Assembly: GCA_963806165.1 (NCBI GenBank)
Contig: CAWDWZ010000006.1
Coordinates: 657,037-721,036, forward strand
From: Thermoanaerobaculia bacterium
GTDB taxonomy: Bacteria; Acidobacteriota; Thermoanaerobaculia; Multivoradales; JAGPDF01
DNA length: 64,000 bases
Direction: 5' to 3'
Positions 8,970 through 18,900 of the stretch are shown piece by piece (position 1 is the first letter of the stretch; every line of letters starts with the position of its first letter). Made by a program: the position numbers and the translations under genes. The notes beneath the pieces are model-generated. The model searched no databases. It saw only the letters and a list, made by a program, of their open reading frames with translations, and had not been told where the DNA came from.

Positions 8970-9647
8970 ATGGAAACTCGCAAAGGCCTCTTGGCACTCT
9001 TGGCCGCGGCGACTTTTGCGGCTGGCGCTCTGGGCCAGGGACCCCCTCCGGGCGTTGCGCACCCGCCGATGGCGGCCGCGTCCGGCGTGACGCGAGCCGA
9101 CTTAGGCAAGGGGCTCGCGGACGCGCGGATCCTTCCGCTCAAGCCGATGGTGGGAGACGTCGAGATTCTCTACGGGGACCCGGAAGTCCCCGGCCAGCCG
9201 TTCGTCCTGCGGATTCACGAGCTTCCGGGTGCGATCGTTCCGCCGCACTCCCACCCCGTGGACGAGAACATCACCGTGGTCCAGGGAACCTGGTACTTCG
9301 CGCTCGGCGAGGAGTTCGACAAGAACAAGCTCCAGGAGCTCAACACCGGTGGTTTCGCCTTCGCGCCCAAGGGCAGCACGATGTTCGGCTTCTCGCCGGA
9401 GGGAGCGATCGTGCAGGTTCACGGCGTGGGACCGTTCATGATTCAGTGGCACGGCGGTCTGCATACGCTGGATGACACCGATGCCAGGACCGTGTTTCGC
9501 TACGCGCGCGACGTGCAGGTCGAGTCGCCTCGGGGCCCGGGCCGGGTGGTCCAGGGCTATGCATCCGGCACGATCGTTCAGTACGAGCTCGTCGCACCCA
9601 ATGGTGAGCACTTCATGGCGGACGAAAGCGCACTTCGAATCCAGTGA
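8970..9647 (+). CDS. Secreted cupin-domain protein.
   Basis: RBS GAAGGAG upstream of the ATG at 8970. The signal peptide is METRKGLLALLAAATFAAGALG. A cupin barrel is present (LRIHELPGAIVPPHSHPVDENITVVQGTWYFALGEEFD...FAFAPKGSTMFGF). Confidence 0.65.
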   Translation: METRKGLLALLAAATFAAGALGQGPPPGVAHPPMAAASGVTRADLGKGLADARILPLKPMVGDVEILYGDPEVPGQPFVLRIHELPGAIVPPHSHPVDENITVVQGTWYFALGEEFDKNKLQELNTGGFAFAPKGSTMFGFSPEGAIVQVHGVGPFMIQWHGGLHTLDDTDARTVFRYARDVQVESPRGPGRVVQGYASGTIVQYELVAPNGEHFMADESALRIQ

Positions 9648-9751
9648 GGCGGCCGGGAGACCGATCCGGCAGGGAACCGAAGCGCGGTTTTCTGCCTGTG
9701 GCCGGGTTCACTGACGCCGTCTCCGATTCGCGGCAGGCTTGCGTAGTCATC

Positions 9752-11489
9752 ATGAGGAAGCACCTTCTGGGCACGATTCTCGCTCTTGCGACGATCGCCT
9801 TTGCGCCGCCCCTCGCCGCCGACGTCGGGCTTTCGCTCTCCTACGTCGATCTGGGCTCGACGGCCTATCAGCGCTTCAAGGCGTACGTCGACCAGGCGGT
9901 CGACGGCAATCCCGGCTACGGCTTCTCGGCCACCGACGCGGTCTACATGTACCGGCTCACCGGCGAGCCGCAGTATGCGACGCTCGCGATCTCCTGGGTG
10001 GAGGATCAGGTGACCGCGGCCGAGGTGGCGATCGCCGCCGCCCAACGACCGGAGATCGCCAACGACTCGTATCTCTATGTCGGGCCGATGCTGCGCGACG
10101 TCGCGCTGGTCTACGACTGGTGTTCTCCGCTGCTCACCCCGCTGCAGCGCACCCGCTGGGAGGCCTACGCCGACCAGGCGGTGTGGAACGTCTGGAACTT
10201 TGCAGACGCGAGCTGGGGCGGCCATCCGTTCCCCTGGTCGGGCTGGTCGGTCGACAACCCGGGGAACAACTACCATTACAGCTTCCTCGAAGCGACGATG
10301 TACTGGGGCTTCGCCGCCGACCGCCAGAGCTGGATCGACTTCCTCGCCAACGTGAAGCTGCCGGCGCTGGTCGCCTACTTCCAGGGGCTTCCCGGCGGCG
10401 GCAGCCGCGAAGGGACCGGCTACGGCGTCTCTCTCGGGCGGCTCTTCGAGCTCTACCGGCTGTGGAAGGACTCGACGCCGACCCACGTCGATCTCGCCGC
10501 GCAGTCGACCCATCTCGCCGACACCATCGACTACTGGATCCACGCCACCGTCCCGACTCTCGACCGCTATGCGCCGGTCGGCGATCTCGCGCGCGAGTCG
10601 TACCCCTGGCTCTACGACTACCACCGCAATCTCGTTCTCGAGGCGCGCGCCATGGTGGCTGGAGCCTCGCCCCAGGCCGCGCGCGCCAGCTGGTGGCTGC
10701 ACCATATTTCGATCGACCAGATGACCGGGGGCTTCAACTTCCGCGACGACCTGCTGCCCGCGGGGACGACGCAGAGCCCAGCCGACGGCGCTCTACCACC
10801 ACGCGACCGGCACCGGCCATCTGTTCGCGCGTCGCGGCTGGACGGCCGATGCGCTCTGGTTGTCGTTCGTCGCCGGGCCGTACGTCGAGTCGCACGCCCA
10901 TCAGGATCAGGGGGCGTTTAACCTCTTCCGCAACGACTGGCTGGCGGTGACCGAGAACATCTTCACCCACAGCGGCATCGAGCAGGGGACCGAGATCCAC
11001 AACACGCTGCGCTTCGTCAACGGCGCGGCGACGATCCCGCAGGGGGAGAGCACCTCGTCGATGACCGTCGACGATGCCGGGGGCGTGCTGCACGTCGTCG
11101 CCAACCTGACGCCGGCGCTCGCGGGCTCCGGCGTGGTCAGCAACTGGCAGCGCACTCTCGACTTCGACGCCTTCGGGTTGACCGTGAGCGACGCCTGGAG
11201 CGCCGCGGGGGGCGTCACCGCCGTTTTTCAGGTCAACGTTCCGACCTTGCCGTCGATCTCCGGCGGCGTCGCCACCGCCGGCGCGCTGCGCATCCGTCCG
11301 CTCGTCCCCGCGAACCCCACGCTCTCCATCCTCAACTGGGCGAGCGTCGATCCGACCGAATTCAACTCGGGCTACAAGCTCGAGATCCGCGGCGGCACCG
11401 GCGATCTACGTCGTGCGCCTCGAGCTCGCTCGACGGCCTGTTCGCCGACGGCTTCGAGAGCGGCGACACCGTCGGCCTGGGTGCCCTGA
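9752..11489 (+). CDS. Secreted heparinase II/III-like (alginate-lyase superfamily) protein. Frameshifted near 10775-10792, and the C-terminal end is uncertain.
   Basis: Signal peptide MRKHLLGTILALATIAFAPPLAA. An N-terminal alpha/alpha-toroid-like region is present. The C-terminal Hepar_II_III signature SHAHQDQGAFNLFRNDWL... sits in the second ORF, 10860..11489. Shifting frame at about 10785 gives a continuous ...ALYHHATGTGHLFARRGWTADALWLSFVAGPYVESHAH.... A further frame ambiguity lies near 11400. Confidence 0.65.
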
Positions 11490-11515
11490 GCCGCAGCGGC
11501 TTGCCGCCGAAGCGG

Positions 11516-13830
11516 CTATTTGCCGCTTCTGCCGAACAGCGCCGGCACCAGGGTGAAGTCGGCCACCACCGCGATCACGATCGCCACCGCCGAGAGCAGG
11601 CCGAAGCGCGCCGTCGGCGCGAAGTCGGAGAGCGCGCAGACGCCGAAGCCGCAGGCCAGGATGATCCCGGTGAGCAGGTAGGCCGGCGCGGTCTTCTCCA
11701 TCCGGTCGGCGACCGCGGCGCGCGCGCCGAGCTCGACCCGGAGCGTCCGGTAGTGCGCCAGGGTGTGAATCGTGTCGTCGACCACCAGACCCGAGGGTGA
11801 TCGAAGCGACCATCACCGTCGCGATGTCGAGCGGCACGCCGCACCAGCCCATGCCGCCGAGGATCACCAGCACCGGCCAGAGATTCGGGCGCGAGGGCGT
11901 AGAACGTCCCCTTGGCATCGCGCAGCAGGATGTAGAAGGTCGCCGCGAGCACCGGCAGGGTGAGGAGCAGCGACCAGCGCGAGCGTCGACAGCAGATAGC
12001 GCTGCATCGCGAGGAGCAGCAGGTACTTGCCGGTGAGCTCGACGGTCGCGCCGGGCAGCGCCGCGCGCGCGCGCGCGAGGGCGCGTGCGGCGAGCGGGTC
12101 GAGGGTGGCGTAGCCCTGGGTGGCGACGAAGAGGGTGAGCCGCGCCGTGCTGCCGTCCGCCGTGAGAAAGCGCGCCGAGCGTCCGCCCGCCCGTGCGTCG
12201 GCCGCGACCAGCGGCACGAGGCGCGCACGCAGCTCCTCCGGCGCGAAGACGCGGGCGAGCGGCGACGCGCGCCCGATGTCGTCGAGCAGATCCGGCGCGG
12301 CGACCGCCGAGAGCACGCCCTGGCAGCTGGCGGAGCTCCTCGACGAGCCCGGCGAGCGCGGCGAGCCGCTCCGGTCCGCGAAAGTCGGGTCGCGGATGGA
12401 ACGGCCGCTGTGCCGGTCGACGAGGCGGCGCCATCCGCCGGGAGCTCCGCCACGATCTCGAGCGCCGAGAGGCCGATGCCGAGCCGCTCGACCGACTCGA
12501 TGCGAGACCCGGGCCGGATGGTCGGAAGCGAGGTAGTGCAGGACGTTGCTCGCGATCGGCGAGGCGCGGCAGGCCGAGCGCCGCGAGCGCGGCGAGGAGC
12601 GCAGTAGACGAGCGAGCATCCAGCCCCGCCGGTCGGCGGCGAACTCGGTCACCCGGCGGCCGAGCGCCTGCATCCGGCGCTCGAAGGCGCGCTCGGGAAG
12701 GCGTCGAGCGCCGGCCCATGGTCACGGGCGAGCAGGCAGGGGAAGAGCGTGAAGGCCGAAAGCCCGGCGAAGGCGAGACCGAGTCCCGCCCAGACGCCCA
12801 GCGTGCGGATCGGCGCCACCGGCGTCGCCGCGAGCGAAGCGAAGCCGGCGAGCGTCGAGAGCGAGGTCCAGACGAGCGCCCGTCCCTTGTCGCGATAGGT
12901 GGCGAGCGTGGCTGACTGAGACTGCCGCGATCTCGCTGCCGTTGCGCTCGCGTTCGCGGCGCTATCCGTCGCGACTCCCGCTCTCGGGTCGGCCTCGATG
13001 TCACGGCAGCGCAGCATGAGATGCACCGCCGAGGCGAGCGCGATGACGAACAGAATCGGCGGCAGGATGGCCACCACCAGATTGAACTTGACGCCGGCGT
13101 AGCCCATCGCCCCGAGCACCACCACCTCGACCACCGCGACGAAGGCGAGCGGCAGGACGACCGCCCCGACCTCGCGGAAGGTGGCGAAGAGCAGGAGCGC
13201 CGCGAAGGCGAGGAGGAGCGGAAAGTAGACGCTCGAGCACTTCGCGCCCCGAGGCGTCGAGCGCGCGATCGAGCATCGCGGAGCCGACGACCGTCGCGGT
13301 GACCCCGGGCGGCGCCGCCGCCGCGCGGCGCTCGAGCTCGGCGAGCAGGGCCTGCTGCCGCTTGGCGGCGCTCTCGGCGAAATCCACCAGGATTGAGACC
13401 TCGCTGCCGGCGGCGGTGACGAATCCGGCCGCCCGGTCGAGCGGATTGTCGACCAGGAGAGCGCGAAACGCCCCGCGGATCCGCCGGCGGAAAACTGCGC
13501 CGGGCCGCCCGGTGGTGGGCGACCGGGCCGTTCACGCTGCGTACGCCGTCGAGGCGGGCGGTCTCGGTCTCGAGACGGCCGAGGAAGTCGAGCCCCGCGG
13601 CGGAGAAGAGTTCCGGGCCGGCAAGGACGAGCCGCACCCCGGCGTCCGAGCCGAAGCGCGCGACGAATCGGTCGTAGCGCGCGACGTCGCTCGAGCCGGC
13701 GAGGAAGAAGACCTCGGGCGAGTTGTCGGTCTCGAGACGCGCGACGCCGGGGAGCATGGCGACGACGAGCAGCGCGAAGAGGCTCTGCACGGCGCGGCGG
13801 CGCGAGAGAACGGCGGCGACGAAGGCGTTC
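11516..13830 (-). CDS. MMPL/RND-superfamily exporter (HpnN-like lipid or glycolipid transporter). It is fragmented by several frameshifts, and the N-terminal boundary is approximate.
   Basis: Minus-strand pieces read as follows. 11516..11785 is the C-terminal TM bundle (...DDTIHTLAHYRTLRVELGARAAVADRMEKTAPAYLLTGIILACGFGVCALSDF...). 11864..12673 is a periplasmic loop. About 12650..13260 is TM region 1 (SVYFPLLLAFAALLLFATFREVGAVVLPLAFVAVVEVVVLGAMGYAGVKFNLVVAILPPILFVIALASAVHLMLRCRDIEADP). 13001..13387 is the periplasmic segment DFAESAAKRQQALLAELERRAAAAPPGVTATVVGSAMLDRALDASGREVLE. No single frame spans the whole gene. Confidence 0.55.
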
Positions 13831-15016
13831 AAGCGGCGGTCGCCGAGCCTTCCGGGGTCGCGGGCGCGAGCGGCCAGAGCAGGCGTCCGCAGAGCCGGAG
13901 CGCGCGTGCGAGGAGGAGCTCCGCGAGCGGACGCCGGGCGCCCAGGAGGCCGAGGCAGTTCGCGAACAGGAGCGGGTCGGCGGCGAGCGCGGCGACGAGG
14001 CGCCGGCGCAGCCATGGCCGCCGCGCCGCGGCAAGAAGCAGGCGGGTCAGCCCTAGCGGCACCGCGGCCAGCTTCGCGAGGCGCCGGGAGTAAATCGCGA
14101 GGTCGCCCTCGGCCAGCGCCTCGCCGAGCGCGAGGGCGGCTTCGAAGCCGAGTGAAAGACCTTCGCCGGTGAGGGCGTCGACGTAGCCGGCGGCGTCCCC
14201 GACCAGGGCCAGCCGCCCCCCCCAGGCGACGGCGCCCTTCGTCGGCTGGAGAAGCGGTCCGGCGCCGTGGTCGCGACCGAGAACCGTCGCCCCGGCGAGC
14301 CGCCGGGCGAGCTCCGCTGGAAACCGCGTTGCGAGCAGATCGTCGAACCCGCCCTTGCCGCCGCTCCACAGGATGGCGACTCCGATCTCGTCTCCGGCGA
14401 GCGGCGTGACATAGGCCTCGGCCGAGCTGCCGAAGGTCACCTCGACCCTCTCCGACCAGGGGGCGAGCGCCAAGTGTCGCGAGACGCCGAAGCGTGCGCG
14501 CGGACTCGAGCCCCCGGCGACGGCAACTTCTGGGCTCGCGGCCCCGAGGCCGGCAGAGCGCCGGACGTGCGAGTGCAGGCCGTCCGCGCCGACGACGTAG
14601 CGGCAAGGCCAGATCGCCCCGGTGGTGCGCACCGCGCCGGCTTTCGCCTCTTCGACGCGCTCGCCCCAGGAGAGCTCGACGCCGATCTCCGTGGCGCGCG
14701 CATGCAGGGCGGCATGGAGCTCCGTGCGCCGGATGCCGCGCCCGGCCTCGCCCCCGGGGAAGTCGGCCTCGGCGACGACGCCGTCGGAGACGTAGCGAAT
14801 GCCCCGAAAAGCCAGCGACCGCGCCGGCATCCGGACGCCGAGCGCCGCGAGCGCGCTGACGCCGGCCGGCAGCAGGCCCTCCCCGCAAGCCTTGTCGATC
14901 GGCGGTCGCTGGCGATCGATCAGCCGCACCGTGAGTCCCCGGGCGCGCGCCGCGATCGCCGTCGCGAGCCCCACCGGCCCGCCGCCAACCACCACGACAT
15001 CGTGCGCCGCGCTCAC
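13829..15016 (-). CDS. FAD-dependent oxidoreductase, geranylgeranyl-reductase-like family.
   Basis: MSAAHDVVVVGGGPVGLATAIAARARGLTVRLIDRQRPPIDKACGEGLL... gives the GxGxxG FAD fold and the DK(A)CGEGL motif seen in GGR-family reductases, with GADGLHSHVR following. The start overlaps the GT2 stop by 4 nt. Confidence 0.75.
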   Translation of the reverse strand: MSAAHDVVVVGGGPVGLATAIAARARGLTVRLIDRQRPPIDKACGEGLLPAGVSALAALGVRMPARSLAFRGIRYVSDGVVAEADFPGGEAGRGIRRTELHAALHARATEIGVELSWGERVEEAKAGAVRTTGAIWPCRYVVGADGLHSHVRRSAGLGAASPEVAVAGGSSPRARFGVSRHLALAPWSERVEVTFGSSAEAYVTPLAGDEIGVAILWSGGKGGFDDLLATRFPAELARRLAGATVLGRDHGAGPLLQPTKGAVAWGGRLALVGDAAGYVDALTGEGLSLGFEAALALGEALAEGDLAIYSRRLAKLAAVPLGLTRLLLAAARRPWLRRRLVAALAADPLLFANCLGLLGARRPLAELLLARALRLCGRLLWPLAPATPEGSATAA

Positions 15017-15861
15017 GGCGCAGATCGCCGGGAACCGGCTCCGTCCGCGGCCGCCGGAACCTGCGGGGTTGGCGGAGCGCTCGGAATGATCGGAACGCTC
15101 GGAGCGATCAGAACGCTCGGAGGGACGCGCAGAAACCGGGCGCGGAAGAGCCCGGCGCGGGCAAGGAAACCGGCGAGCGCGACCCGCAGCACTCCGAAGC
15201 CGTAACGCACCGAAGCCTCGAAGCGGATCGAGGAGGCCTCGGGAAAATAGCTCGCCGGGCAGGAGAGCTCGCCGACGCGGCAGCCGGCGGCGAAAGCCTG
15301 CGCGAGGATCTCGTTGTCGAAAACGAAGTCGTCCGAGTTGCGTTCCAGAGGCAGGCGCTCGAGAACTTCGCGCCGGTAGGCACGGAGACCCGTGTGGTAT
15401 TCGGAGAGCTTCTGTCCGAGCAGGAGGTTCTCCACCAGGGTGAGAAAGCGATTGGCGACGTACTTGTAGCGCGGCATGCCCCCGGCTAAAGCGCCGTTCC
15501 CGAGAATGCGCGAGCCGAGGACGATGTCGTAGTCGCCGTAGGCGATCATCGCCGCCATGGCCGGCACCAGGTGCGGCGTGTACTGATAGTCGGGATGGAG
15601 CAGGATGATGATCTCTTCGGGACCGGCGAGCGCCGCGGCATAGCAGCTCTTCTGGTTGCCGCCGTACCCCCGGTTCTTCGGATGCAGGTGGGTTTCGATG
15701 CCCAGCCGGCGGGCGATCGCGACCGTTTCATCCGCCGAGGCGTCGTCCACGAGCAGGACCCGGTCGACGACACCCCGATCGATGTCGCCGAAGGTCTTCT
15801 CGAGAGTCGCCGCGGCGTTGTAGGCCGGCATCACGACGCAGACGCGCTTTGCGAGCATCAT
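15013..15861 (-). CDS. Family 2 glycosyltransferase (polyprenyl-phosphate / dolichyl-phosphate sugar transferase-like).
   Basis: VCVVMPAYNAAATLEKTF...VLLVDDASADETVAIARRLG...HPKNRGYGGNQKSCYAAALA is the classic GT2 (DPM1/GtrB-like) N-terminal domain with the DxD region. Confidence 0.85.
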   Translation of the reverse strand: MMLAKRVCVVMPAYNAAATLEKTFGDIDRGVVDRVLLVDDASADETVAIARRLGIETHLHPKNRGYGGNQKSCYAAALAGPEEIIILLHPDYQYTPHLVPAMAAMIAYGDYDIVLGSRILGNGALAGGMPRYKYVANRFLTLVENLLLGQKLSEYHTGLRAYRREVLERLPLERNSDDFVFDNEILAQAFAAGCRVGELSCPASYFPEASSIRFEASVRYGFGVLRVALAGFLARAGLFRARFLRVPPSVLIAPSVPIIPSAPPTPQVPAAADGAGSRRSAP

Positions 15862-15966
15862 CGCCGGAGCATTCTAGAGGGGTTCGCGAGGGCTCGGCGC
15901 GCAAAGCGCCGTGTTACGCTCGAATCTCGCGTTGCCGAACGCAGGCGAAGGGCGGGGTGAGGCCTC

Positions 15967-18900
15967 TTGAGCACGATCGATCCGCGACTGGGGAGCCTCC
16001 TCGACCGGCGCTACCGGATCCTCGAGCGCGTCGGAGAGGGCGGGGCGGGCGTCGTCTACCGTGCCCTGCACGAGGAGATGGACCGGCCGGTCGCGATCAA
16101 GGTGCTGCATCCGGAGCTCTTCCCTTCCCCGGTCGCCCTGGCGCGCTTTCGCCGTGAAGCCCGGGCGGCCGGCGCCCTTGTCCATCCGCACGCCGTGACG
16201 GTTTTCGACTTCGGCCGCACCGAAGAGGGCGAGCCCTACCTCGCCATGGAGTACTGCGACGGTGGCGCGCTCTCGGACCGCATCGCCGTCCAGGGTGCGC
16301 TGCCTCCGGCGGCGGTCGCCCAGCTCCTCGAGGGGATCGCGGCGGCGGTCGATGCCGCGCACCGCCAGGGGATCGTGCACCGCGACTTGAAACCGGGCAA
16401 CATCCTGTTCGCCGGCGCGATCGCCAAAGTCGCCGACTTCGGACTCGCCCGCATGCTCGAGACCGACGATCCCGGACTCACCGGTGGACATGCCATCGGC
16501 TCCCCGTTCTACATGAGCCCCGAGCAGTGCCAGGGACGCTCGGCCGGGACGGCGAGCGACATCTACAGCCTGGGTGTCATCGTCTACACCCTGCTCACCG
16601 GCGAGGTGCCGTTCCCGCGCGGCACGGCGCAGGAGGTGCTCCTCGCGCATCTCACCGAGGAGCCGCGCTCGCCGCAGGAGATCGCGCCGCACCTCGGGCG
16701 GGCGGTGGCACTCGCCGTGCTGCGGGCGCTCGCCAAGAACCCGGACGCGAGACCGGGGAGCGCCGGCGAGCTTCATGCCGGACTGCTCGCGGCGCTCGAC
16801 CAGGAAGCCACCGCCGCGAGCCCGGTGCCGAGCCTCGCAGCGGCGGTCGCGCCGAGCGCGTCGTTCGAGGGTGCGGCGCCTCTCCCGGCACCGCCGGGTC
16901 CGCCGGCCGCCGCGCGCCTGCGCCGCGCGGTGCGCGACCGCTCGAGCGGCGCGCCCTCCGAACCGATCGGCCGCGGCGAGGAGCTGGCCCTCCTCACCGA
17001 GCTGCTCGAAGCCGCCAGCGCCGGAAGCGGGCAGCTGGTCACCATCGCCGGAGAGCCGGGGGCCGGCAAGTCGACGCTGGCGCATGCCTTCCTGCGCCGG
17101 GCGCGGCAGATCGCTCCCGGAGCGCAGCTCGCCCTGGGACGATCGCCCGAGCACTTCGGCTCGGCCGAGGCCTACTCGCCCTTTCTCGACGCGCTGGGCA
17201 ATCTCCTCGCTGGCGGCGGGCGCGAGCGCCTGGTTCCCCGCCTGCTCGAGCTCGCGCCGACCTGGGCGGTGCACTTTCCTGGGCTGGCGAACGAGGCCGA
17301 AGCGGGGGCGGGCGAAGCCCTCGCCGGCATGCGTTCGCGCGACCGCATGCCGCGCGAGCTCGCCGCGTTCGTCACCGCCATCACGGGCGGCGCCGCCGGG
17401 CGTCCGCTCGTGCTGCTGCTCGAAGACCTGCAGTGGGCCGACCCGGCGAGCATCGACCTGCTGGTCTATCTCGCGCCGCGCCTCGAGGGCCTGAAGCTCC
17501 TCCTGGTCGGGACCTATCGCCCGGCCGACGTCGAGTCGCAGCGTCACCCGCTGCGGGCCGCGCTCGCCAGCCTGGGGCGTGGCGACCTGCCGTGGAGCGA
17601 GATCGCGCCGGCGCCGTTCGCCGAAACGGAAGTCGCCGCTTTCCTCGCCCGCGAGCTCGGCGCGCCGCCGCCGCCCGAGCTCACCGCCTTCGCGCTCCGC
17701 CGCACCGAGGGCAATCCGCTCTTTCTCCTGAACGTCCTCAACCATCTCCTGCAGTCGGGCGCGGTGACCCGGGAGGGCAACCGCGTGCTGCTTCAGCGCT
17801 CGCTCGACTCGATGGAGCGCATCGTGCCCGAGGGGATCGTGGCGCTCATCCGCGACAAGGTCGAGCGGCTCGACGAAGCCGACAAGCGGCTGCTCTCGGT
17901 GGCGAGCATCGAGGGGCGCGAGTTCACCGCTGCGGTGGTGGCCGAGCTCACCGACCGCGACGAGATGGAGATCGAGGAGCGCCTGCGCACGCTCGAGGCG
18001 GCGCATCGCCTCGTCGAACCGATCGGCGACGTCGAGCTCGCCGGAGGTCTGGTGAGCCAGCGCTACCGCTTCGTGCACTCGCTCTACCAGCATGCCTTCT
18101 ACGACTCCCTGGCGCCCAAGCGCCGGGCCGCCAAGCACCTCCTGGCGGCGGAGGCGCTCACCCGCCTGCACGCCGGACGGCTCGACGCGCTGCGCGTCGC
18201 TCTCGCCCTGCATTTCGAGAAGGGCCGCGACGCCGGGCGCGCCATCGAGCAGCATCTGGCCGCCGCCGAGCTCGCCGCGGCGCGCAATCCGCGCGACGCC
18301 CGGCCGCTCCTGGCCAAGGCACTCGAGCTCACCGGCAAGCTCCCGCCGGAGGAGTCGGCCGCGAGGCGCGCGGAGCTGCTCATCCGCCTCGGCCGCCACG
18401 ACGCCGAGACCGCGGAGTTCGCCGGCGACGTCGAGCTTTACAGCCGCGCCGAGCAGGCGGTCTCGGAGGCGCTCGTGCTCGAGCCGGGCTCGGTCGAGGC
18501 GCGCACGGTCCTCGGCCTCATCCATCTCGAGCGCGGCGAGAACGAGCGCGCCCTGCTCGATTTCGCGCGCGCTCTCGAGCGTGTGCCGGGACATGCCGCA
18601 GCCTGGGACGGCCTGTCGTACCTGTTCAAGAACACCGGGCTGTGGGCGGCGTCGCTCGCCGCGCAACAGCAGGCTGCGGCGCTCGACGACCGCTTCGCGC
18701 ATTCGATCCGGCGCCTCTCGGTACTGATCTACGAAGGCCGGCTCGACGAGGCGCGGGCCGAAGCGACGGCGCTCGTCCAGAGACGGCCGAAGTTCGCGCA
18801 CTACAATTACTGGCGGGGGATCACCGAATGGTACGCCGGCGAGCGCGGCGAGGCCCGGCGCTGGATCGAACAGGCCTACGCTCTCGATCCCGCCGACCCG

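Noticed and set aside
11406-14888. A 1160-aa minus-strand ORF and many 60-300-aa plus-strand ORFs covering the 11.4-15 kb region.
   Set aside because: Their composition is dominated by Arg, Ala, Pro and Gly, with runs such as RRRRR and PRPR. They have no motifs and overlap the recognisable MMPL and FAD-reductase reading frames. They are typical open-frame artifacts of 70% GC DNA.
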